Shown here: piece by piece, positions 9,695 to 18,151 of the stretch
How positions within the stretch are numbered: the first letter of the stretch is position 1
How the letters are laid out: each line of letters begins with the position of its first letter
Assembly (NCBI GenBank): GCA_017397935.1
Contig: JAFQHN010000001.1
Coordinates: 19,134-83,133, forward strand
Reading direction: 5' to 3'
From: Bacillota bacterium
Lineage (GTDB): Bacteria; Bacillota; Dehalobacteriia; UBA4068; UBA4997
DNA length: 64,000 nt
Made by a program: the position numbers and the translations under genes
Notes under the pieces: model-generated
Databases searched by the model: none
What the model saw: only the letters and a program-made list of their open reading frames with translations
What the model was told of the DNA's origin: nothing

Positions 9695-10630
9695 ATGGCA
9701 CTTATCAACACCACCGAAATGTTCCGCAAAGCTTATGCCGAAGGCTACGCTGTCGGCGCTTTCAATGTAAACAATATGGAGATCATTCAGGGCATCACCG
9801 AGGCCGCCAAAGAGACCAACTCCCCGCTGATTTTGCAGGTCAGCGCCGGTGCCCGCAAGTATGCCAAGCACGCTTATCTTATCAAGCTGGTAGAAGCCGC
9901 CATGGAGGACACCGGTCTGGATATTGCCCTGCACCTGGACCACGGCGAGGATTTTGAGATCTGCAAGGCCTGCATTGACGGCGGTTTCTCCTCCGTGATG
10001 ATCGACGGCTCCAAGCACAGCTTTGAGGATAACATCGAGCTTACCCGCCGGGTGGTAGAATACGCTCATCAGTTCGGCGTAACCGTAGAGGGTGAGCTGG
10101 GCCGTCTGGCCGGCGTAGAAGACGATGTTAATGTCAGCGCCGAGGATTCCTCTTACACCGACCCCGCCCAGGTAGAAGAATTTGTTACCCGCACCGGCGT
10201 AGATTCGCTGGCCATCGCCATCGGCACCAGCCACGGCGCTTACAAATTCAAGCCCGGCACCAAACCGCAGCTCCGCTTTGATATTCTGGCCGAGGTTGAA
10301 CGCAGACTCCCCGGCTTCCCCATCGTACTGCACGGCGCATCTTCCGTTATGCAGGATTATGTAGCCAAGGTTAATCAGTTCGGCGGTTCCATGCCCGATG
10401 CCATCGGTGTGCCCGAGGATATGCTGGCACAGGCCGCCAAAATGGCCGTCTGCAAAATCAATATTGATTCCGACCTGCGTTTGGCCATGACCGCCGCCGT
10501 GCGTGAGCATCTGGTAAACAACCCGGATCACTTTGACCCCCGCCAGTACCTCACCCCCGGCCGCAACGCTATCAAGGAGGTTGTGGCACACAAGATGATC
10601 CACGTTCTTGGCTGTGCCGGTAAAAGATAA
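9695..10630 (+). CDS. fba: Fructose-bisphosphate aldolase, class II
   Basis: Start ATG 9695 behind AAGGAGG. MALINTTEMFRKAYAEGYAVGAFNVNNME...LHLDHG...GTSHGAYKF, typical class II FBA. Confidence 0.92.
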   Translation: MALINTTEMFRKAYAEGYAVGAFNVNNMEIIQGITEAAKETNSPLILQVSAGARKYAKHAYLIKLVEAAMEDTGLDIALHLDHGEDFEICKACIDGGFSSVMIDGSKHSFEDNIELTRRVVEYAHQFGVTVEGELGRLAGVEDDVNVSAEDSSYTDPAQVEEFVTRTGVDSLAIAIGTSHGAYKFKPGTKPQLRFDILAEVERRLPGFPIVLHGASSVMQDYVAKVNQFGGSMPDAIGVPEDMLAQAAKMAVCKINIDSDLRLAMTAAVREHLVNNPDHFDPRQYLTPGRNAIKEVVAHKMIHVLGCAGKR

Positions 10631-11883
10631 TGCGTATTGCTCTTTTTGCTGAAACTTACCTGCCCAATGTCAGCGGCGTGGTCACCCATGTCCACGCCCT
10701 GCGGGTAGGGTTAGAGCGTCTGGGCCATCAGGTTCTGGTGGTCTGCGGCGATAACAGCTACGGCGGCCATCTGTTGCAGGACGGCGTACTCTATTGCCCC
10801 GGCTATGTGTCGCAGAAATTCTACGGCTACACCATCTCCACCCCGTGGAGTCGTCAGCGCTCCAAATACATCCGGGATTTCAACCCCGACATCATCCATC
10901 TGCATACCGAGTTCGGCATCGGTTTTTTTGGTATGCATTGGGCCTTAAAGCATGATGTGCCGCTGGTTTATACCCTGCACACCATGTACGATGATTATGT
11001 TTATTATATCGCGCCCCGGCCGTTCATTCCGGCTGCCCGCAGCCTCTCCCACCGTTACATCAGCAGATACATCACCAACTGCGATGCCATCACCGGCCCC
11101 TCGCTTAAATGTCAGGAGTATGTTGATGCGCTGGGCATAAAGCGGCAGGTGCGTGTCATCCCCAACCCCGTAGAGCTGGACAAGTTTACGCCGGAGAACA
11201 TCAGGCCCGAGGATGTGGCCGCCGTGCGCCAAAAGCACAATCTGCCCGATGACTGCGATTACGCCCTGTTTGTGGGCCGTCTGGGCCGCGAGAAAAGCGC
11301 CGATGTGCTGATTGACTGCTGGGCCGAGGCCGTAGCCCCCGAGGACAAGCTGAAACTGCTGATTGTGGGTGACGGCCCCGTACGCGATGAGTTAATGCAG
11401 CAGGCCGAGCGCCTCGGCGTGACTGACCGTGTTATCTTCCCCGGCAAGGTCATGCACGATGATATGCCGCCTTATCTGGCGCTGGGTTCGCTTTACATCA
11501 CCGCCTCCCTGTCCGATACCAACTCCATTTCGATGTTGGAGGGTATGGCGGCAGGTCTCCCCGTGCTGCAAAAATATGACCCCTTAAACGGCGACCAGGT
11601 CACCGAGGGTGTCAACGGCTTTGTCTTTGCCGATGCGGCCGAGTTAAAGCAGAAGATAAGCCAATATCGCGCCCTTTCCGCGCAGGATAAGCAGCGTCTG
11701 GCCGAATCCACCCGTCAATCCGTGGCCAAAAAAGGCTATGAGGCATTGGCCGAGAATTTGCTGGCTGTTTACGCCGAGGCCCAGGCACACAAAGACACAC
11801 GCCAAGAGCCCGCTTATCTGCCGTTAAAGCTGCGCCGCCGCCTGAAAAACACCGTCGGCAAGATTTATAAACGCCCCCGGTAA
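10630..11883 (+). CDS. Family 4 glycosyltransferase
   Basis: 417 aa. MRIALFAETYLPNVSGVVTHV N-terminus and a C-terminal GT1/GT4 EX7E region (SISMLEGMAAGLPVL). The start overlaps the fba stop (TAATG). Confidence 0.75.
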   Translation: MRIALFAETYLPNVSGVVTHVHALRVGLERLGHQVLVVCGDNSYGGHLLQDGVLYCPGYVSQKFYGYTISTPWSRQRSKYIRDFNPDIIHLHTEFGIGFFGMHWALKHDVPLVYTLHTMYDDYVYYIAPRPFIPAARSLSHRYISRYITNCDAITGPSLKCQEYVDALGIKRQVRVIPNPVELDKFTPENIRPEDVAAVRQKHNLPDDCDYALFVGRLGREKSADVLIDCWAEAVAPEDKLKLLIVGDGPVRDELMQQAERLGVTDRVIFPGKVMHDDMPPYLALGSLYITASLSDTNSISMLEGMAAGLPVLQKYDPLNGDQVTEGVNGFVFADAAELKQKISQYRALSAQDKQRLAESTRQSVAKKGYEALAENLLAVYAEAQAHKDTRQEPAYLPLKLRRRLKNTVGKIYKRPR

Positions 11884-11969
11884 GCGTCGCCCCAAATCAC
11901 AACCCAAATGTGTGCTGAATACAAAGGCCGCGGCTATTGCATATCGCACATCAAAACATTATAATAATA

Positions 11970-12003
11970 GCAGGGCAGGTCAATACCGCCCTGCTTTATT
12001 TGT
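11970..12003 (+). terminator. Intrinsic terminator after the glycosyltransferase gene
   Basis: GCAGGGC, 11-nt loop, GCCCTGC, followed by TTTATTTG. Confidence 0.65.
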
Positions 12004-12035
12004 CTGAAAAAAATATATAAAAAAGAGGATGAACT

Positions 12036-13238
12036 ATGGTTTTAATCAACGATAATTACACCAAACTGGCCGAGAGCTATCTGTTCTCCACCGTGGCCAA
12101 AAAGCGCGAGGAATACCGCGCCGCCCACCCCCAGGCAGAGATCATCAACATGGGCATCGGTGATGTTACCCAGCCCCTGTGCCCCGCCGTTATCGCCGCC
12201 ATGCAGCAGGCTGTGACCGAGATGGGCGAGGCTGCCACCTTCCACGGCTATGGGCCGGAGCAAGGCTATGATTTTTTGAAAGACGCCATTTTGCAGCATG
12301 ATTACCTCTCCCGCGGCGTCAACCTCACCGCCGATGAAATCTTCATCAGCGACGGCAGCAAAAGCGATACCGGCAACATCGGTGATATTCTGGGGCAGGC
12401 CAACATTGTAGCCATCCCCGACCCCGTCTACCCCGTTTATGTGGATACCAACATCATGGCCGGCCGCACCATCAAAATGCTGCCCACCGGCGAGGAAAAC
12501 GGTTTCTGCGCCCTGCCGCCGGATTTCCATGCCGACATTGTTTATCTCTGCTCGCCCAACAACCCCACCGGCTCGGTGCTGAACCGTGAGCAGCTGACCG
12601 CCTGGGTGGAATATGCCCTGCGCGAGAATGCCCTGCTGCTGTTCGATGCGGCCTACAAGGCCTTCATCACGGATGACTCCCTGCCGCAGACCATTTATGA
12701 GATTCCCGGGGCCGAAAAATGCGCCATTGAGTTTTGCAGCTTCTCCAAGACGGCCGGGTTTACCGGCACTCGCTGCGCCTTTGCGGTGGTGCCCAAGGGT
12801 GTAATGGGCCATACCGCCGACGGCGAAAGCGTTTCCTTAAATGCGCTGTGGAACCGCCGCCATACAACCAAATTCAACGGCACACCCTATATCGTGCAGA
12901 AAGGTGCCGCCGCCATTTACTCCGAGGAGGGGCAAAAACAGGTACAGGCCACCATCAATATTTACCGCGAGAACGCCAAAATCATCAAGGATACCCTCTC
13001 TGAGCTGGGCTTTTTCTGCATCGGCGGCGAGAACTCCCCCTATGTCTGGCTGAAAGCACCCAACGGCATGGCCTCCTGGGACTTCTTCGACTTGCTGCTG
13101 ACCGAGCTGAACATTGTGGGCACCCCCGGCAGCGGCTTTGGCCAAATGGGCGAGGGTTACTTCCGCCTGACCGCTTTTGGCAGCCGTGAAAACACCGTAA
13201 AGGCCATGGAGCGCTTCCGCAATTACTTCGGCAAATAA
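12036..13238 (+). CDS. dapL: LL-diaminopimelate aminotransferase
   Basis: 400 aa. MVLINDNYTKLAESYLFSTVAKK...NMGIGDVTQPL...SFSKTAGFTGTRCA matches the DapL class of PLP aminotransferases. Confidence 0.85.
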   Translation: MVLINDNYTKLAESYLFSTVAKKREEYRAAHPQAEIINMGIGDVTQPLCPAVIAAMQQAVTEMGEAATFHGYGPEQGYDFLKDAILQHDYLSRGVNLTADEIFISDGSKSDTGNIGDILGQANIVAIPDPVYPVYVDTNIMAGRTIKMLPTGEENGFCALPPDFHADIVYLCSPNNPTGSVLNREQLTAWVEYALRENALLLFDAAYKAFITDDSLPQTIYEIPGAEKCAIEFCSFSKTAGFTGTRCAFAVVPKGVMGHTADGESVSLNALWNRRHTTKFNGTPYIVQKGAAAIYSEEGQKQVQATINIYRENAKIIKDTLSELGFFCIGGENSPYVWLKAPNGMASWDFFDLLLTELNIVGTPGSGFGQMGEGYFRLTAFGSRENTVKAMERFRNYFGK

Positions 13239-13269
13239 ATTTTGCACTTAAAATTTGGCATAAAAATCA

Positions 13270-13304
13270 AACCCCTTCGCAGACTTTGCGGAGGGGTTAT
13301 TTTT
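13270..13304 (+). terminator. Intrinsic terminator of dapL
   Basis: AACCCCTTCGC, 7-nt loop, GCGGAGGGGTT, followed by ATTTTT. Confidence 0.75.
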
Positions 13305-13688
13305 GGCTGTCTTTCAGCTGTTTTTGGTCTATTGTCAACCAAACGGGTATACTCCCGTAAACATTTGGCGGCAATTTTGAGCATTTTCGACGATATTTGC
13401 ACCCGAAAAGCATATTTTCGGCCGGATTTTGGCATATTTTATCATATCCGCACCCAAAACAGCCAGAAATAAGCATAAACTGCCAACGGAGTGCAGCGCC
13501 GACCATTAAAAAAGGTCCTCCGGAAAAATGCCCGATTCTGCGCCCAAGACAGGTAATTTTTCGGCCTATTGTAACACATCTGCCACCAGAATTTGAGCAG
13601 CAAGACAAACTATCCAATTTGTCTTGCACCAACAAAACAACATGGGCAGTTTGTTTTTTATTGATTATCGTAAGCGGAACAAGAAGAT

Positions 13689-13872
13689 GAAAGATGTGCC
13701 GCTGTTGAGTCACTAATAAAAGATGAGGTGCTATTGCGTTCTCGTCAAAAATTACAGAGGTTCAAGAGTGGTACAGATGCAAGGAGTCAGCCGACGAATC
13801 GCAGGAGGCGTACTGATGGTACGCCGACAAGTGAGAAGGCTGAGGACACCGCAGATGTGCCGCTATTGAGCC
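13689..13872. repeat. CAGATG-core repeat family cluster abutting the SDR gene stop codon
   Basis: Contains AAGATGTGCCGCTGTTGAG, AGATGAGGTGCTATTGCGTTC and CAAGAGTGGTACAGATG. Also the hairpin GGCGTACTGATGGTACGCC (~13807) and ACCGCAGATGTGCCGCTATTGAG (~13848). Confidence 0.7.
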
Positions 13873-14607
13873 TCATATAACCAATCCACCATTTACCGGG
13901 ACTACTTGGCCGGTAATAAATGACGCCTGCGGCGACGCCAAAAAACGCACCACCTCGGCCACCTCCTCCGGGGTGCCAATGCGGCCAAGCGGCGTTTCCT
14001 CGGCCAGCACCGCCAAATCCCCGGCCGTAAGCTTCGCATTCATCTCGGTGGAGATCACGCCGGGAGCCACGCAGTTGACGCGGATACCGCTGGGGCCAAC
14101 TTCCTTGGCCAGCGCTTTGGTCAGGGCAATCAGCGCACCCTTGCTGGCCGAATATGCAACCTCGCAGCTGGCGCCCACCTGCCCCCACATGGAGGAAACA
14201 TTGATAATGCAGCCGTTTTTTCGGTGCAGCATGGCCGGCAGCGCCGCCCGGCAGCAAAAAAACGCGCCGTCCACATTCACGCCCATAATGCGCCGCCACT
14301 CCTCGGTGGACATGGCATCAAAAAGGCCAAAATGCGCCACGCCGGCGTTGTTCACCAGCACATCGGGCACACCAAAAAGCTCATCAACACGGGCAAACAT
14401 GGCCGCAACCTGCACCTCATCCGCCACATCAGCCGCAATCGCGCAGGCCGTGCCGCCCGCTGCCGCAATTTCATCGCAAACAGCCCGGGCCGCCGCCGCA
14501 TCCTGCCGATAATTGATGACGACCTGATAGCCGTCGGCCGCCAGGGCACAAGCCACCGCCCGGCCGATTCCCCGACTGCCGCCGGTAATCAACGCGACCT
14601 GTTTCAT
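13873..14607 (-). CDS. Short-chain dehydrogenase/reductase, FabG-like 3-oxoacyl-ACP reductase
   Basis: 244 aa. TGGSRGIGRA, NNAG and the S...YSASK catalytic motif. Confidence 0.8.
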   Translation of the reverse strand: MKQVALITGGSRGIGRAVACALAADGYQVVINYRQDAAAARAVCDEIAAAGGTACAIAADVADEVQVAAMFARVDELFGVPDVLVNNAGVAHFGLFDAMSTEEWRRIMGVNVDGAFFCCRAALPAMLHRKNGCIINVSSMWGQVGASCEVAYSASKGALIALTKALAKEVGPSGIRVNCVAPGVISTEMNAKLTAGDLAVLAEETPLGRIGTPEEVAEVVRFLASPQASFITGQVVPVNGGLVI

Positions 14608-14620
14608 ATCCTCACCCCCG

Positions 14621-15397
14621 TCAGCGCTTGCTGCGCCTGTGTTTTTTGCCGAAAATCAAATCCTGCACCGGGTATTGGCGGTTAAGCCAGAACAGCAGCA
14701 GGCCCAGCACCACGCCCACCAGGCTGATTACCTGCGCCATACGCAGCGGCCCCAGCATCAGGCTGTCGGTGCGGAAGCCTTCAATCACGCAGCGCCCCAG
14801 CGAGTAAAAAATCATGTAGAAGGCGGCGATATCCCCGACCTTGCGGTGCTGCCAACAGCGCCACAGCAGCATCAGCAGGCCAAAACCCAGCACGTCCCAA
14901 AGGCTCTCATATAAAAAGGTGGGGTGGCGATAAGCGCCGTCGATGAACATGGCCCAGGGGAGGTCGGTCTCATAGCCGTAAGCCTCCTGATTGAAGAAAT
15001 TGCCCCAGCGGCCGATGGCCTGCGCCAAAATCAGGCCGGGGCAGATGCAATCTGCCCAGCGGCGGAAGGATTGACGCTTATGACGGCTGACCAGCCAAAG
15101 CCCCAGCGCACCACCCAAAATGCTGCCGTGAACGGCCAGACCGCCGTGCCAAACGGCCACGATCTCTGACGGGTGGGCGGAGTAAAAGCCCCAGTTGAAC
15201 AGCACATAATAAGCACGGGCGCAGACGATACCCAGCGGCACCACCACCAGTGCCAAATCCAGAATATCATCCGGCGGCAGATTTTGCGCCGCGGCCAGCT
15301 TGCGGCAGATTAAAATGGCGATAATAATACCGGAAACAATCAATATGCCGTACCAGCGCACGGTGATTGGCCCCAGCGAAAAAGCGATTGCAGACAT
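14621..15397 (-). CDS. lgt: Prolipoprotein diacylglyceryl transferase
   Basis: 258 aa polytopic membrane protein. ...ITVRWYGILI..., HGGLAVHGSILGG, GRWGNFFNQEAYG (Lgt signature). Confidence 0.9.
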   Translation of the reverse strand: MSAIAFSLGPITVRWYGILIVSGIIIAILICRKLAAAQNLPPDDILDLALVVVPLGIVCARAYYVLFNWGFYSAHPSEIVAVWHGGLAVHGSILGGALGLWLVSRHKRQSFRRWADCICPGLILAQAIGRWGNFFNQEAYGYETDLPWAMFIDGAYRHPTFLYESLWDVLGFGLLMLLWRCWQHRKVGDIAAFYMIFYSLGRCVIEGFRTDSLMLGPLRMAQVISLVGVVLGLLLFWLNRQYPVQDLIFGKKHRRSKR

Positions 15398-15499
15398 TTT
15401 GGCCTCCGTAAAATTTAACAGATTATTTATAGCACATTATACCACATTAACGCCGCCGATACCACCACCCAAGGTAAAAATCTGTGAGGCTGCGGGGCG

Positions 15500-15850
15500 G
15501 AAGATGAGATGCTATTGTCGTTTTTATATTACTACCCCGCCCACCGCCCCTTTAATTTGTGGCCAAACCGTTGCTCACCACCTGCGGTGGCTCGCTGCCG
15601 GTTTGGCAGAGATGGAAGAAAAAGCGGCTTATCGTAAACCAAAGTGGAAGAAATACAAGAGTGGTACAGATTTCAACATATCGTACACCAAAGAAAGCAG
15701 AAATATCATCATTTAGCTACTAATAAAGGAGAGCGCAAGAGTGCCCCAGATTTCGGTGCGTACGGCAGCGCGGCGCGGAAGGCGTATTGGGCATACGCCG
15801 ACCAAGCCAAGCTGACAACAAGCCGAAAGATGAGGTGCTATTGCGTTCTC
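15500..15850. repeat. CAGATG-core repeat family cluster in the lgt / M23-peptidase divergent spacer
   Basis: Contains AGATGAGATGCTATTGTCG, GAAATACAAGAGTGGTACAGAT (~15650) and GCGCAAGAGTGCCCCAGAT. Also the hairpin GGCGTATTGGGCATACGCC (15781-15799) and AGATGAGGTGCTATTGCGTTC (~15828). Confidence 0.7.
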
Positions 15851-15924
15851 CCCATGGATAATATTTGCCAAAACCGGGCAATATATTGCCATAAGCAGGT
15901 TTTGCGGATAATTGGCAGGAAGGG

Positions 15925-16653
15925 GTGCGATTTTTGCGTTTATTGGTTATAAGCAACAATTTTTGCCGCCTGTCGGCGTTGATTTTGGGGTTGGTTTTTG
16001 GCATAATATGCTGCGCCCACTGCGGGGTGTCAGAATCGGCACGGGCGGCAACGGGGGATATTCGCTGCTACACGGCACAGCCCGGTGACAACTTTGCCAT
16101 TATTGCGCGGCGGGTGGGTTATGATGCCGAGCTGTTGGCGGCCATGAACAATTTGTCGGTGGGGTATTGCTGCCGCGGCGGTGAGATTTTGCGTCTGCCG
16201 GGGGATTACGCCGTTTCTATGGCGTCCCGAAGCCAATACAGCGCTGATTTGCGGCAAAGCACGGGCGGAGAAATCTGGCAGGCGCCGCTGCAAGGCACCA
16301 TAACCTCGGCCTTTGCCAGCGGGCGGGGAGAAAACAGGCACCACGGCCTGGATATTGCCGCCAAAACAGGCAGCGCCATTCTGGCAGGGCACGGCGGCAC
16401 AGTGACCGAAGCCGGCTGGAAGAATGACATCTACGGCTATGCGGTTGTGATTGACCACGGCAACGGCTGGCAGACGCTTTATGCGCATTGTAGTCGGGTG
16501 TTGGTATCAACCGGCCAGAGTGTGCAGCAGGGACAGAAGATTGCGCTGGTGGGCAGCACCGGCAACAGCACCGGCCCCCACCTGCATCTGGAAATCAGCA
16601 AGGACGGCGTGTATCTTAACCCCCGTGTGTACTTCGGTGATTTATCGGTGTGA
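15925..16653 (+). CDS. LysM-domain M23 family metallopeptidase
   Basis: GTG start behind GGAAGGGG. Signal/TM segment, LysM-like YTAQPGDNFAIIARRVG, and M23 motifs HHGLDIA and GSTGNSTGPHLHLEI. Confidence 0.85.
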   Translation: MRFLRLLVISNNFCRLSALILGLVFGIICCAHCGVSESARAATGDIRCYTAQPGDNFAIIARRVGYDAELLAAMNNLSVGYCCRGGEILRLPGDYAVSMASRSQYSADLRQSTGGEIWQAPLQGTITSAFASGRGENRHHGLDIAAKTGSAILAGHGGTVTEAGWKNDIYGYAVVIDHGNGWQTLYAHCSRVLVSTGQSVQQGQKIALVGSTGNSTGPHLHLEISKDGVYLNPRVYFGDLSV

Positions 16654-16678
16654 AACGGGCAATCATACCACATAAAAA

Positions 16679-16720
16679 ACAGCTTCAACCGCAAAAAAGT
16701 TGAAGCTGTTATTTTTTTTT
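16679..16720. terminator. Bidirectional terminator between the M23 peptidase gene and mrpG
   Basis: ACAGCTTCAAC, loop, GTTGAAGCTGT, flanked by an A-run upstream and T9 downstream. Confidence 0.8.
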
Positions 16721-16730
16721 GAAATTCGGT

Positions 16731-17099
16731 TTAGAAATCGGCTTTATCCTCGCTGATGAACTCGCAGTCCGGCTTCAAATCATCCCGCAGAGAGTTTTGC
16801 CACAGCGGAATACCGTAATGATAAGCGGCTTTGGCAATCATGTGCGAACCGATGGGAGCCGAAACCGAGATAAAAACCAGCGCCAGCAGGCTCATAATGC
16901 AGACGCCGACGCCCGACCAGCAAAAGTAAATAAACGCTGCCAGCATAAAGCAGATAATGCCCATGGTAGTGCCTTTGCCCAATGCGTGCATACGGCAGTA
17001 AACATCGGGGAAGCGCAGGATGCCGACCGCACCGCCCAACAGGAAGATGGCGCCAAAGAACACCAGCAGGGAAATTAAAATTTCAATAAACAATGCCAT
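16731..17099 (-). CDS. mrpG: Na+/H+ (Mrp/Mnh) antiporter subunit G
   Basis: 122 aa. FFGAIFLLGGAVGILRFPDVYCRMHALGKGTT, typical MnhG. Last gene of the seven-gene cluster. Confidence 0.85.
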   Translation of the reverse strand: MALFIEILISLLVFFGAIFLLGGAVGILRFPDVYCRMHALGKGTTMGIICFMLAAFIYFCWSGVGVCIMSLLALVFISVSAPIGSHMIAKAAYHYGIPLWQNSLRDDLKPDCEFISEDKADF

Positions 17100-17111
17100 A
17101 TCGCCGCCCCC

Positions 17112-17618
17112 TTACTTTTTGTGATGACGCTTGCGGTTTTTACGCTGATGCCGCGCGGTGGGGATATAGTTGGCCGCCGCCTTTTGCCGCGCCTCGGCCG
17201 CCTTCTTTTGCAGCTCCTCGGTCACCTTCGGGTCTTGCAGGTTTTGCAGGTCCTCGGCTTCCTCTCGGTTAAGCACAATGTTGCCGCTGGCCACAATATT
17301 ACCGCCCTGAATATATTTGCTGAGGCCCACCATCCCGATGAAGCCCAGCACGGCGATAACCATGGCGCAGGACATATACAGGCTGGTGCCCTGACGGATA
17401 GAATAAATTACGATCAGGCTCATCACGGTGACACCGCAAGAGTCCATGGCGATTGCACGGTCGGCCATGGCAGGGCCTTTTATCACACGGTACAAAAAGC
17501 TCAGCAGATTAAACGAGCAAATGACCATGGCAATATCCAAAAAGACGGGCAAAATGCGCAGGTTTTGCAGAAAAGGATTGACCGTGGCCTCGCCAAACAA
17601 AGTTTGCAGCAGACTCAT
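17112..17618 (-). CDS. mrpF: Mrp antiporter subunit F with a charged C-terminal extension
   Basis: 168 aa. The first ~100 aa are MnhF-like (FLYRVIKGPAMADRAIAMDSCG...). The tail is Lys/Glu/Gln-rich. Confidence 0.8.
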   Translation of the reverse strand: MSLLQTLFGEATVNPFLQNLRILPVFLDIAMVICSFNLLSFLYRVIKGPAMADRAIAMDSCGVTVMSLIVIYSIRQGTSLYMSCAMVIAVLGFIGMVGLSKYIQGGNIVASGNIVLNREEAEDLQNLQDPKVTEELQKKAAEARQKAAANYIPTARHQRKNRKRHHKK

Positions 17619-18100
17619 GGCTTATACACCTCCTGAATTTTCTTTTCAAAGGTGTCTTTGATGTCCGACACGATACTTTCTTCGTTGTCGATATTAAGAC
17701 AATGCACATAGAAGAACTTATTGTCCGGAGAAACCTCAACGGTAAGTGTACCGGGGGTCAGCGTGATCATATTTGCCAAAGTGGTAATCCAAAACGGCCC
17801 CTCCACCTCAATCGGCACCTTGATAATGCCCGGCTTGATGTTAAGCCTGGGCGAGAACACCTTAACCAAAACCGTCAGGTTGGCAACCAGCAGCTCATAC
17901 ATAAAGATGAATACCAACTGCACCAGCGGCCAATAGTGGCGTATGTTCAAATCCAGCACTTTTAATGTGCGCTTGCCAAAAATGTGGATGATGATAACAC
18001 CCAGTATCAAACCTTTGACAAACGCCGGCAGCGAAACATCACCGGTAAGGCCAACCCAGACCAGCGCCAATACTGTGCTTAAAAAAATCTCTACCAACAT
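17615..18100 (-). CDS. mrpE: Mrp antiporter subunit E
   Basis: 161 aa. MnhE-like (ITLTPGTLTVEVSPD). 4-nt overlap with mrpF. Confidence 0.8.
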   Translation of the reverse strand: MLVEIFLSTVLALVWVGLTGDVSLPAFVKGLILGVIIIHIFGKRTLKVLDLNIRHYWPLVQLVFIFMYELLVANLTVLVKVFSPRLNIKPGIIKVPIEVEGPFWITTLANMITLTPGTLTVEVSPDNKFFYVHCLNIDNEESIVSDIKDTFEKKIQEVYKP

Positions 18101-18151
18101 AACTCTGCCTCCTCGATTGGAAGACTATTATCAACAGCAGGGGCTGCCAGA

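Noticed and set aside
12004-12035. Possible lysine riboswitch (L-box) upstream of dapL. Also possible purine riboswitch upstream of purA and T-box upstream of ilvB.
   Set aside because: - Only ~30 nt separates the upstream terminator from the dapL ATG.
- The purA leader lacks the conserved purine-riboswitch core.
- ilvB has no leader at all, because it overlaps the preceding gene.
13297-13713. 138-aa minus ORF and the overlapping + ORFs in the dapL-SDR spacer.
   Set aside because: - They have no RBS.
- Their composition (Cys/Arg/Gly) is not protein-like.
- They overlap hairpins and repeat boxes.
- The region is treated as non-coding, possibly an RNA gene.
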